23,184 nt of DNA from Elusimicrobiota bacterium (GTDB taxonomy: Bacteria; Elusimicrobiota; UBA8919). Under the pieces are notes generated by a model. That model was not told the origin of the DNA and made no database searches. It was given only the letters and a program-made list of their open reading frames with translations. Both the position numbers and the translations under genes were made by a program. Below are positions 21,601 to 23,184 of this stretch, piece by piece. The stretch is taken from the NCBI GenBank assembly GCA_043816185.1, contig JBDRIG010000099.1:1-23184 (forward strand), given 5' to 3'. The number at the start of each line of letters is the position of its first letter. The first letter of the stretch is position 1.

Positions 21601-22008
21601 GTAAGAGAAAAAACAGAATCATTAAATTTGGATAAGTTCCCAGACCGAATAAAAGAAGTACAGTCAATAAATGAGAAACTCTGGCGGCAGGAAAAGTATG
21701 ACAGTGAACTTGCCAACGATAGATGGCAGGATAATTATGGCGTAACCGCTGACGGTAGAGTAGCATTAATAAATCCAGTTGTAGTTGCAGTGGTTACGGA
21801 GGAACAGATAAGACTGAATTTAACATTTGATCAGATTGTTGTAGTTAATACTAAAATAGAGTTTAAGTCCAATATTTGGGGAGTAGGAGAAGATGGATTT
21901 AGGCCTGACCCATTTGGTTTAGCATCTTTGTTTGACAAGTTTGTTAAAGAAAGAAAAGAATTGGGTGATATGATGAAGATGACAAAATTGTTCCGCGGCG
22001 CAGCATAA
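616..22008 (+). CDS. Giant 7130-aa multidomain membrane/secreted protein with tandem peptidase C39-like domains, multi-pass hydrophobic blocks and an embedded SecA ATPase
   Basis: 21.4-kb uninterrupted ORF in AT-rich DNA; weak SD (AGGA 603-606); recognisable C39 and SecA motifs in frame. Confidence 0.95.
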   Translation: MINYFRRPTDILDYIEIPPIRRIIASITLISFLLTILWTNGLAEVAGNAGNAGNAENAENAQSGEKTGKKGTQESSVYYKWATVREQAQHGILTEITDSEKNQVYRFNKEGKLVELDDRNSGKTQRFEYDSQGNASIKTIKSKDVENREIENAPQLAQLLPQQIRQQIDVVQQVQTIPQKTALLAEAVNNFFSGEDTESNKSGEGEGTKSQANKPQSPASVSSWLKKYSDSDPQKQQGMLAEIGATETEVKNLSEETKQKIADYLALSGSKLPDGAVTTKELSDRKEGLAGLIDRARAAVTLLFVNIIRQVAGKKTQKENAGVEISVEDIQNIARQLGIELNATKTNIDELKGVLAKNPVIVHTQDSNGDRMFLIITDIKGEDVVGIDSDGKTRVLIPLSEFRAKWTGKMLSLAMTGEALDAETKKNTKGTFFAQLFNEIKRVFSGSLVAVDAGSQVATTEAIGERDTSVVAIIANVASLASPDVVAKSPKGVTEQPQETATIVSDDTTTTQTDAEKALQSIEAWLGEYIKADPLKKAQMAATLGLSTDQLANLSIETAGQILNYLKSQGDKIFNCAIQALKNIFTGQGVEFNLTDVATKAILIDIITGNLKIDSNTGYDASQLQLSMFAIQKTAELHNVQLTGYSTDINGLQQAIAGDSGVVVHLDLGNGMGHFVVVTSIKDGLVTYTDSDGKSKTASQEEFQKQWTGNILSTVEIAAGKALSVVTLQTLRGAFNIGAIIAAIIKWIMKAIMDLIMGLLKKIFTQVFKDMLKKVLVKAITQAFTKLITKAIMQYAFTRKVDAKALWKGFVKDFAFSFVLNFVCELPKLLKGFKIAFSLEGFKIGELDIGIALGKVFNLIGDFGTNPWLKGLQLGLQIAYKNAIKESKKEGGKEVPEWLENTVEFVDLAVSIGAYYDSYMAAPSSKTNTIADARAPPVDPALAAQKVALEAPPEVTPVVEVAPLVTQADSSNLKTEPETLAKESKAAAQPVGSSGWKDLGKIILQIIKQVVDSIVSFLQKTSNFLQKIDANKNIELSFKLYDIQSGIEKLREKKSYEKTASAEDNFMAAASMLFGSLSGSFKSSLEITQNISQLLKAVVNMVLSGKQFKYETKLKDLKDKYDLTDEEYDEIMKTMDKGDIVDWKKYGMEDNNKKFSDSLRELNKENYNATRGWSIAQSVLNISVSITAVIKNIKPPPQGITLAGANMLQNNNITYSAFTVVGDIFNIMELRKSYDNKGIINLGNTFKETASTIKLYSDFTATVVDLVGAVKTQGLKWDYNIHTFDKKTDKVLVLATTFKVDGKPFEIVYKEGITIEKANEEANKAAKAAKAADINKLPKTITEDPRKLQPADSKGQGVSSAQGQAGTSGVPSGSDHFDPATVVWIKKLFEKIGEVKSIKIGNYSISYDKGSDLLSTTVYDKSNNPLYTINSFNPSDKSSGFSDSITLHVDKEYKKGQSTIKLSNGLELKVSELEKQFNNKVKIAYSPNDKVTMVYDTKNGSMSTTMEISEDKTVEFGSKTYLTKEKVLAETYLTKEWVLAKFRELEKQKSKTDKSITDKAIIDTLCSSTNLGDKNELGITNITIISEISDVVSSEVKREVKKFIIQETDSGKDEAKKVALTEEEKLLQYSKDISVISAERVDSNNLTITTSKGTAPKETYKANISAFNIPGISGSVTLLDDENKIIANVDKVAQGFYNVSYKSTVGNDVQPKIVSIIVSTNEMTGNKLQFTDGQLVPVGMDNKPNGTTKIAIDGLEVALTWDDKEKKVTTSFGGVEKDKKYNLPLILFPAARCKLTGLEAVEFTGIENGGLQFSPKNGEIKLLNGDKITFKDFNLILNSGKIATSAASEEKTATPATSEKMATPAISGETMISGEMILKQRKYTKVTNFNQLKISDSVADNSGSYKTNESGQKTNSDGSKTIISGNLTTEVIFNKKSGQEDASVTIHKNGIKTSYNESESLTTTSKYSVASYKNDILESGTAYEQLDIKLEDSTLLVYKEETKAGVHGNPPTITASIGDTEINSKNIKELQEKYNKLYTLADGNKTKLGLLLMYNGGVTILTGKNITFDTNYKNTGRQALIETGVAKGINLVHYADGVTIIGSEGDENAVAGHKGMFNEFNGMQLQVGDEYSLNKIAANKWDEAIVSEKGAIIVPLKYGKTLSIVKTPVTETTDYDYSKLKGELEDGVEIKSISKVDIIIKNAEGNPVAGGQQTLYVANGASGQIGQIILVNGGAVLQTESKIFVKIGVGGIWKSVGTTEKIDGTFDELPGTNKNNAKTKQTTTITTKDATDIGILLSAGVKQGVNYFDSNGELVCSLTSDVHGNYIAVGSRDSKGNFVTVLFDTKKDKGALPAKDKDKVKKGALPAKALPAKDKGALPAKALPAKDKGALPAEALPAKDKGALPAEAPLTEAEAIAIIKNIYLTDFSQSDVVKFSDDPAGAEVLKDLEQVIKKSNSVANTFFKDNPKASSVQIKKDKSNYVVSIAKDGQESINVFDKDGKAMYIYSNNKGEGGISVYRISVYRYNDKIIDQKGRCKPAEIGETIIIGNNVKVNIAVLKQNFGREVYIIDVFGMMLNGQEKIMVIQQLENANPKKAETPSEPQKKAETKVDAADDIKKQTRVCDPLVEDKDVTITDNIKEQITVFNSLVKVENITISNDAYTVFKIAGGDELAISQGAINRSVNITILDGDGGRIGNISKNKLGGYDVMYGGVGYTGKAVFGLLPPVSAYEKSTDAKSATITKLADIKYILQTDNTVSANITARKGYGEFEFTVWEDGANITAHKKGYSELGSTANELDTSGFANITLIIGKDTADKDVISVKDITGSWIQPISKSDVGSLVKVYDSKNKKGVMNFQSLDGVLTPITATDRKSQTITTNFSAIGTSATEREVTASVVITKDKKGNYFVSKTDAKLKNSTKVNITTFNGKLYALANGEENTTTTSALNVKGESTVISTTLVGTKDGINIGASKRTGDDIEVVFRNFNDKLYALADGQKIDGDSWTAKNTEIDGKKRLALVRALTSDECKNITTLDKKLSVNNDTAIEIEVAMLSEGVFVVLGDVKCQYANSEKSKDAATLEKGAIISRDNDNKLIVIKGELAVEGGNNIIIAKSKEGGGDIKEAKTNKIKGKSKGVGGDVQKVNTKAVVIEIGDSYVVSNGKVSIRNGQFVVIGDGTILKKGSNLVGIGPVSGGDLKLVLNNNGELVYRSADNRIVSTTQFDKKTGLGLVTHYDEKGISGLSIIDENVNKGALQKVVDSNKIDGTEKTLFITGDISKGNGRAYILSDRCISRADNGKYASTNGEVKTKCVVENGIINGKNFKMYGLIDGKWRQGYITKDANNSNQQIFVVVDNGELVSVRKLLVDNEGKYRIGKKVIGAGIVVQEDIDKKGTNIVATWNGKNAPGLYLETFVGSNGKRSKTAEIVMNDGSKVHIAIMFGELKLLTGAKGLNLEKNGEFKDGGRLVKIKEFKFDNETGAITVYGVMTLSKEQKWVSTSDNISQHYGAKVGKESKESYKCTGTARIDQSKHTENIVITTTDGEVKLGIAFGLQKYFADGGLNKNNTQVTHFCKGSKIIAGTEVNLSDGKTSTVQKEKDYKINVKNNNIEIEQGTIIEIHRDGGIINNLDHITKGSVKIEQKVDIHDAKKNKNIYGGNRTVTYMPNADPQVDVKGDISQVSIGDGRFHIDLESTEFEVGRGFIRSVWDCVLSVPELLGGTLSGIVGIGLDSPKIIQTSYKLFVSAVNRLYGERDLSDDTKFTVGRVAVTVIIAVLTFVPIGRIVTFAGTLLKSLAKPLITLIARVTPVTVKFIGRMMNRIFNPFSMRFTDNIVHKIVMKIFPNAITASSGVVGNVIVQFSVKSTEALLKIALPMLRNAIIWGNPYVSLPLVGKNGVIGSVLIDSQLVKKLGIDIDRELYQAIANLAFFAPILASGMKSPASESIAESQISLLGAIKQSAIKLSQRIGNFIHHPARSMKDITRKSLFEGICNAIKKVSSWDTIKAGKKKLVEKGLKGVKKTVGSKIKENMINFVPRTIGMVSDIAMFQTSIGLVGGCINTSLGGKERRFLIFYIPKFSSVKDAIIKTSDIAVDTITDYRMWLFAVAIGVLGPLFTPIFRNFSVLGPIMRWIGGKNVFVGGKFATGRLGRYQRFIYEEAFQERLPEILMGKLGITGTWSEVVQEMFDRRGGGGSSKNYNTAVSDLGGDYINSVENINSLNNKDELSNIVGVMSKQLNERLSQNGNGVSVSVDIVSVGGGVKGGIEVKVKIVNDTIPDISFGVQEIYLNTVEELQNLMLSIGEAAVSGVSLSSDEVASRIAENNLILNNSENNSELGINCLSAEEKISLLSGMSGFSNIFGGDLNVIDKSGRISISAIDNAIKERNQSLTNNELLLKYVIGIVPIIENIKDSLTKIHLTKTVDTTINIKDSITKTQLTETVDTTINIFVEKVKNNSPPASVAPSVAQNLINLSALSNLSATILNSELGTEIKTKIVSSALPSISGAIPNTTFLTNLADPTIQIQNAQFITSLIMILKYLRQNNNTGALHSLFVSVMKNQSLLKLAEHTPLSHDGYTALDYLSSISENIDVGKLLQEAEVEAQKVEADLVAASDDAVKIAGGLTPDQDIMGSAGREKIIKTNSGIKEITDEKGKKEKLEEKDRDKKKDEKEEEKKRDLDQKNNLVAASKDLSAKSPIQIAATVKRLAIITKILALQNRARKKIQYTTISNISKLLLELNISDTPLSAEEISSELVYQYIASLATLQSISSESEDKKIQKIAESIEKKIKDVTESLKIERNDDAKEFFSAASKLADSGKKDEGNISRDENGISDVVEEGVKERNKATENKAHTTLKEKLARAVVEFISLLPDSTKKQDRLKKYAMLFYKEDIDVVQKEMELLESEIMDEIAAWNEVDSALIKNDSNQLKEIKKKITNKKVNLADIYNEEVGNEGVGRKILTKILTAKDEALKNRVTSEGLTDDIKLEAIALYSLTASIFKRWLNKEKTALAGLHREQIMATLVLLKGYKITELATGEGKAIIGLVAAAVESLNGNGAFLIKPKTSEAEDNYKEYGNPFAELLGKTIGVVTDNMDDSEKKEAYKKDITYISVSNWAFDTGHDMLDIKSDNEKLIERDLSKVSVIIDEVDSVLIDQAMTNFIRSKGNEEATEEVKSIRRAFAKIARDKQFSVTKVAREVVDKEDVAKEEQKMDSTYAVLNSARGTISATDIGNEKAIDLLGKFFTEEQLIDNKLVEKKGKKLELTEDGIRYLSDALQAEYVYIENVQYRIGKNIENDKGDNEILLISKETGVTQYGQRLNQLMQAIEAKHEVKDGIKIMGENRTTSSISAKNVLSEYGKVSGMTGTARYGEAPKIFKKLYNLSVVVIPSHNPLMRKDEPMNVFKTDEERIEKLVEIIKIALRNNQPILINTLDVDASEKLAEVLKEKLGVNVPLRVLNASVAEQEEEIIKKAGSSGITIATNMAGRGTDIKLSDEISEKGGLVEVIFGINDSERTDMQSRGRSGRQGQNGKTYMFVSLESDGNFLERGGVGNILFKITAGVAPQFILKYIFNKAQKNIEKMNAKSLYNQTSQSDKLYELQIMLKKDVEIIEKQVVQVKGVNPESSALRLELEKLFKKYCHTDKEVNIKKLQEAISKAFGVNLNITNHAGSTVDNLFKIIYGNLISHFIGEARRDNIDYEKEAFFHRLEDIGRDAKTPREYNKGMFKEYVELIKNITNAEAITEEILNKTVNNKMETIAKAREEEAKKKVIEQVDLAIAGIKVAEKIKAAKETEVDQVSVTTEVETEKDEALSLFDKVKVAIKTVKEVVGVVVESSGKRVVLLQRRNVQQAQSVKSEVKTINIDVAEGFTQAKQEESAQEAKAKLTLEIAKVLGNNDNVSLGVSIGSKNIGNYTLPNSVAEYFVANPEQLNGAINNKSINLIDVDGQFVLVGTTQNGKFVMIMVDLDKEVTGEYQRIINSISDPTYAGNIGAKITEKGVIEIGNVQYNPGKVEAGVIIINSNLGDAKVESGAYLEKVKIENGNIGKNSVLNYVDVKTVNVCADSKVVNIKREKLDDGTELNNSDIEPIEIEENNSLKSLEGKFVKGKYTEVPAEYDIQKAKIVYISSKNLIIKLIDKIKEVFNFGDYTKLQNIRRDIDIAIDAVFIEKDIYKTFGKDNIEESISAISVDGDDEEKKKQSSISIMDVKQLAKNIAEKQNPSKLPTMPQQMLSGAKTGLKISLLLVSVMVMALPVAGWITGVGLINIGGLVAAKLGLGGISAFIVGGSISSLTMLPAVTSMKKLVKKEKKDADVNKPSLVKRFTNSATGLGTKLVDKLSINRQLNNAIDALSKDLNFVSDMDQKRAIYLTLNRLVDAKNDEESEPAVIKYKAEAAIKLSIRLDEQLKKLVKAEQTISMIGQYERVLQSLGPEKEKIKSELENCKTQKDDVLAELEKIYVELNIVKAQQPEVEVAKEDLPSNASAVSPQIGKRAEVTNIKDNVVTVKDSQGQNQTIQLEDPVDISELKTQLLATTNMSDSSKALLLSMLSLLEKSPPEKLPKIYTYSTLVDDLLGFAAPEKNIIALHKSMIDNPIALFHEIAEYLINSSVINSGVINSGVMKLGLTDNKLILTMNNKSTNISLTENTLAIAKKDSTSPHYLLRALQRELFGNEDYNLTQKIKALQQKPIDASHPAIKTIIRIKGDKTEKEVFGDLLNKLQQEAQSKNIDITAAFIELYIDMYQQKIEIDVLFKHEEIKIELVKELSNIFKQHFAGYKIDIANVINPSMAIQALRYFDDVKLENIVGNHETSVKFANGELTIESILKETKEAYEKSGRDKEQKFIYQGKEIKSISLSAVVPNCTETAKIAETKSDIAKIGIAEIGEKVVDAISVGLNGFSEIITEFVKKIQDKIQQRKFDKKVGEYKREIKTGITNLVSGFTDPKFEKTRSEGMGQCVICPKKPEWEIVYYEESKDVNIEEIKKKWNTTKDNAVKHNLSVINVNGENVLIVVREKTESLNLDKFPDRIKEVQSINEKLWRQEKYDSELANDRWQDNYGVTADGRVALINPVVVAVVTEEQIRLNLTFDQIVVVNTKIEFKSNIWGVGEDGFRPDPFGLASLFDKFVKERKELGDMMKMTKLFRGAA
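673..744 (+). other. N-terminal signal peptide or signal anchor (IRRIIASITLISFLLTILWTNGLA)
   Basis: Basic RR, a 16-aa hydrophobic core and a G-L-A possible cleavage site, after an unusually long n-region. Confidence 0.7.
751..795 (+). repeat. 9-bp in-frame tandem repeat GCTG(G/A)AAAT x5 (AGN/AEN)
   Basis: Directly visible. Confidence 0.9.
883..1020 (+). other. Short YD/RHS-like repeat segment
   Basis: HGILTEITDSEKNQVYRFNKEGKLVELDDRNSGKTQRFEYDSQGN follows the YD-repeat pattern (YDxxGxL); only about 2-3 units. Confidence 0.55.
1282..1908 (+). other. C39-like module 1 (helical pre-domain plus degenerate peptidase), catalytically dead
   Basis: Aligns by eye with module 2 (PVIVH..., EFRAKWTG); the Cys position is Gly (codon 1438) and the His position is Met (codon 1729). 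Confidence 0.7.
2185..2817 (+). other. C39-like module 2 with intact Cys576/His674/Asp690
   Basis: Q...NCAIQAL (Cys codon 2341), LSMFAIQKTA, VVVHL...GHFVVV (His 2635), TYTDS (Asp 2683), EEFQKQWTG: the classic C39 family motif order. Confidence 0.85.
2818..3360 (+). other. Cationic amphipathic and hydrophobic helical region, possibly membrane-inserting
   Basis: FNIGAIIAAIIKWIMKAIMDLIMGLLKKIFTQVFKDMLKKVLVKAI... with 3-4 residue hydrophobic periodicity. Confidence 0.6.
4585..4611 (+). repeat. AAAGCCGCA x3 (KAA)
   Basis: Perfect 9-bp tandem repeat. Confidence 0.9.
5171..5235 (+). repeat. 33-bp tandem duplication (TYLTKE[K/W]VLA)
   Basis: Two copies differing at one codon. Confidence 0.9.
6142..6246 (+). 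repeat. Degenerate tandem repeats (ATSAASEEKT/ATPATSEKM/ATPAISGETM/ISGEM)
   Basis: Recurring GCGACT(T/C)CTGCG and ATTTCTGG units. Confidence 0.75.
7654..7842 (+). repeat. Coding minisatellite: 8 copies of GCACTCCCAGCA in a 39-bp higher-order unit (KDKGALPA[K/E]ALPA)
   Basis: Near-perfect nucleotide identity between units; 15-bp and 24-bp subunits. Confidence 0.95.
8158..8187 (+). repeat. Perfect 15-bp duplication (ISVYR x2)
   Basis: ATTTCTGTCTATAGA twice. Confidence 0.9.
8455..8586 (+). repeat. Diverged 66-bp tandem duplication
   Basis: DDIKKQTRVCDPLVEDKDVTIT / DNIKEQITVFNSLVKVENITIS with matching nucleotides. Confidence 0.75.
11707..13158 (+). other. Multi-pass hydrophobic/basic helical block (several probable TM segments)
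   Basis: For example VAVTVIIAVLTFVPIGRIVTFAGTLL, AIANLAFFAPILASG and MWLFAVAIGVLGPLFTPIF; ends with acidic EEAFQERLPE...EVVQEMFD then a GGGGS linker. Confidence 0.65.
13816..13929 (+). repeat. 57-bp tandem duplication (NIKDS[L/I]TKxxLT[K/E]TVDTTI)
   Basis: Two highly similar copies in frame. Confidence 0.9.
15211..17787 (+). other. Embedded SecA-like translocase ATPase (NBD1, PPXD, NBD2, scaffold helix and IRA1-like end)
   Basis: ELATGEGKA (15682-15708), KKEAYKKDITY, IIDEVDSVLIDQA (DEVD at 16021), QAIEAK, SGMTGTA (16663-16683), VVVIPSH, VLNA, IATNMAGRGTDIKL (17017-17058), QSRGRSGRQG (17134-17163), AQKNIE: all SecA signature motifs in canonical order. Boundaries approximate. Confidence 0.92.
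18577..18790 (+). other. Short hexapeptide-like (left-handed beta-helix) segment
   Basis: KVEAGVIIINSNLGDAKVESGAYLEKVKIENGNIGKNSVLNYVDV resembles GlgC/GlmU C-terminal repeats. Confidence 0.5.
19288..19467 (+). other. Gly-rich hydrophobic hairpin (2-3 TM helices, glycine-zipper-like)
   Basis: ISLLLVSVMVMALPVAGWITGVGLINIGGLVAAKLGLGGISAFIVGGSISSLTMLPAV. Confidence 0.7.
20170..20620 (+). other. Zincin-like domain with variant HExxE motif
   Basis: DDLLGFA...IIALH...IALFHEIAEYL (His codon 20365) has the strand-strand-helix layout of minimal zincins; a further His at codon 20545. Confidence 0.4.
20386..20430 (+). repeat. 15-bp tandem repeat x3 (INS[S/G]V)
   Basis: ATTAATTCA(A/G)GTGTG three times. 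Confidence 0.9.
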
Positions 22009-22063
22009 CATAACGCAGCGTAACGTGGTGTAGTCGTTGTAGGATATGGTTCTTCAACCATAT
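21995..22063 (+). repeat. Array of eight RYRRY pentamers overlapping the stop codon, followed by an 8-bp hairpin
   Basis: GCGGC GCAGC ATAAC ATAAC GCAGC GTAAC GTGGT GTAGT (21995-22034); ATATGGTT-cttc-AACCATAT (22044-22063). Confidence 0.6.
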
Positions 22064-22089
22064 GTCGTTGTGCGTCGTGTGTGATGCGT

Positions 22090-22204
22090 CGTCATTTGTG
22101 GGCGAAGCGAAGCAATCTTTAAAACATTTCTCGTCGGAAAGAGATTGCCGCGGCTTCCTTCGAAAGCCTCGCAATAACCAAAAGTGGAGTTATAACACAG
22201 TCTG
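22090..22204. repeat. Complete REP/MITE-like branched palindrome plus TTATAACACAGTCTG end motif
   Basis: Outer arms GTCATTTGTGGG / CTCGCAATAAC, inner GCAATCT (22112-22118) / AGATTGC (22142-22148), and GGCTT/AAGCC hairpin; ACACAGTCTG shared with 130-139. Confidence 0.7.
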
Positions 22205-22225
22205 CGTGACCGTGCGCCGTTACTT

Positions 22226-22279
22226 TTCACAAATTTTTCACAAGAAGTTCATAAATTTTTCATATTGGAAAAGTATGAC
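22226..22279 (+). promoter_or_regulatory. Second array of four 11-bp-phased repeats (TTCACA, TTCACA, TTCATA, TTCATA) with weak -10-like TATGAC
   Basis: Hexamers at 22226, 22237, 22248 and 22259; same CATATT-N5-AGTAT 3' geometry as upstream of the giant gene. Confidence 0.65.
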
Positions 22280-22363
22280 ATAAGCAGGAGGGGTGAGATA
22301 TAAGATCGAAGTAGTGATAATCGAAGTAGTGGCAAAAAAAATTCACAAGAGGAGGAATAAAAA

Positions 22364-22624
22364 ATGAAAGGAATATTAGCAAGTCTCATATTATGTGCAG
22401 GTGTTGTAAGTTTTGCAATAGCGGCAGGTACATTGGAAAATCTCGATGAGAAAAATAAAAAACAACCATCTATATTGACTAACACTAGTAGAACAGTGGG
22501 CAACAATGTTACAACAGGGGAAACAGCAGTTAAAACTAATGTTTCTAAAGAAGAACCAAACTTATTAAGTAAGATTGTTAATGTGTTTACGTCGCTCTTC
22601 GAGGACGACAAAGAAAAGAAGTAA
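22364..22624 (+). CDS. Small secreted hypothetical protein (86 aa)
   Basis: Strong SD AGGAGG (22350-22355); signal peptide MKGILASLILCAGVVSFAIA; low-complexity middle; C-terminal amphipathic helix. Confidence 0.8.
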   Translation: MKGILASLILCAGVVSFAIAAGTLENLDEKNKKQPSILTNTSRTVGNNVTTGETAVKTNVSKEEPNLLSKIVNVFTSLFEDDKEKK

Positions 22625-22692
22625 TTTTAGTAAAAGTAACATAAAAAAATGAATTTGGTATAATTAAGAAAATTTTGAGTAGAGTAAGTTGT

Positions 22693-22805
22693 GGGGCAAT
22701 TTGGTGCGAAAATGTCACCCTAAACCTGTGGTTTCAGGGTCTTATATAGATGTCGCTAAAAAAATGTTGACATGATATGAAAGCGTCAAATTGCCTCGTT
22801 TTTTT
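22693..22805 (+). terminator. Branched stem-loop closed by a 15-bp stem and followed by a T7 tract; probable terminator containing a palindromic-repeat insert
   Basis: GGGGCAATTTGGTGC (22693-22707) pairs with GCGTCAAATTGCCTC (22783-22797) using three G-U pairs; T run at 22799-22805. Confidence 0.5.
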
Positions 22806-22892
22806 GTTTGATCGTTCCCACAAGGGAATGTTCATAATTTCGGCAACAACTTTTTAGCAATTATGGCACGGTCTGATAACGAAGTTTAATTG

Positions 22893-22908
22893 TTGGCAAA
22901 GAAATTGA
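22893..22908 (+). promoter_or_regulatory. TTGGCAAAGAAATTGA motif, sigma54-like, second copy
   Basis: 15/16 identical to 430-445; lies about 20 nt before the ATG at 22928. Confidence 0.35.
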
Positions 22909-22927
22909 CGTTACTTTTTGTGCATAT

Positions 22928-23184
22928 ATGAAAATGAAAAAGGTCATTATTTTTATTATTTTAGTTGGTCAATTATCGTGGAATTTTTACTTCAGTTTTT
23001 CTATTAAAAATAACCAGGATTGTGGGGAAATTTCTACTTCCATATTAGAAGTCCGCGGCTTCTCAAGTGTAATAAAAGTGGTTCACTCCAACTTAGTAGA
23101 TTGTTTGAAAAGAGTAATTGAGTTGTCTTGTTTGGTCTCGCAGTTGCCCAATCCCAACAATACCAAAAAAGATGAAAATGAAAA
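22928..23184 (+). CDS. 5' part of a hypothetical exported or membrane protein (runs off the window; not in the ORF track)
   Basis: My translation MKMKKVIIFIILVGQLSWNFYFSFSIKNNQDCGEIS... stays open for 85 codons to the window end; signal-like N-terminus; no clear SD. Confidence 0.6.
   Translation, partial: MKMKKVIIFIILVGQLSWNFYFSFSIKNNQDCGEISTSILEVRGFSSVIKVVHSNLVDCLKRVIELSCLVSQLPNPNNTKKDENE

Noticed and set aside
935..22061. Numerous minus-strand and alternate-frame ORFs (up to 331 aa) inside the giant gene
   Set aside because: Antisense shadows of a long biased coding frame (Ser/Phe/Leu/Ile-rich mirror composition) with no recognisable motifs.
21944..22283. 76-aa (minus) and 73-aa (plus) ORFs after the giant gene
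   Set aside because: They are translations of the pentamer array, REP-like palindrome and operator repeats.
22305..22331. ATCGAAGTAGTG direct repeat (15-bp period) in the small gene's leader
   Set aside because: Only two copies; most simply another local slippage duplication.
22249..22611. 120-aa minus-strand ORF
   Set aside because: Antisense to the better supported 22364-22624 gene, which has an SD and signal peptide.
22864..22880. TGGCACG as a sigma54 -24 box
   Set aside because: No TTGC-like -12 element at the required spacing.

Overview
AT-rich bacterial window almost entirely occupied by one uninterrupted 21.4-kb ORF (616-22008, 7130 aa). The giant protein reads, in order: N-terminal signal/anchor; short YD-like repeats; two tandem peptidase-C39-like modules, the first with catalytic Cys/His replaced and the second with an intact Cys-His-Asp set; a double-glycine-type leader motif (LSxxxLxxLxGA) followed by a cationic amphipathic helix; a RAPP motif; a ~2400-aa beta-rich stalk with many in-frame micro-duplications; a multi-pass hydrophobic block; a nearly full-length but altered SecA ATPase; a hexapeptide-like beta-helix; a Gly-rich hydrophobic hairpin; and an HExxE zincin-like domain. 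Downstream are an 86-aa secreted protein and a 5' partial ORF. The giant gene and the small gene each have four hexamer repeats in exact 11-bp phase, at the same distance from a -10-like box (pho-box-like, suggesting co-regulation). The intergenic regions carry REP/MITE-like palindromes and a divergent consensus sigma70 promoter. Best hypothesis (inference): a self-processing surface or effector megaprotein carrying its own SecA motor, of the kind associated with giant genes of Omnitrophota/Elusimicrobiota-like lineages. Taxonomy cannot be established from this window. All domain calls are by-eye motif matches, not search results.
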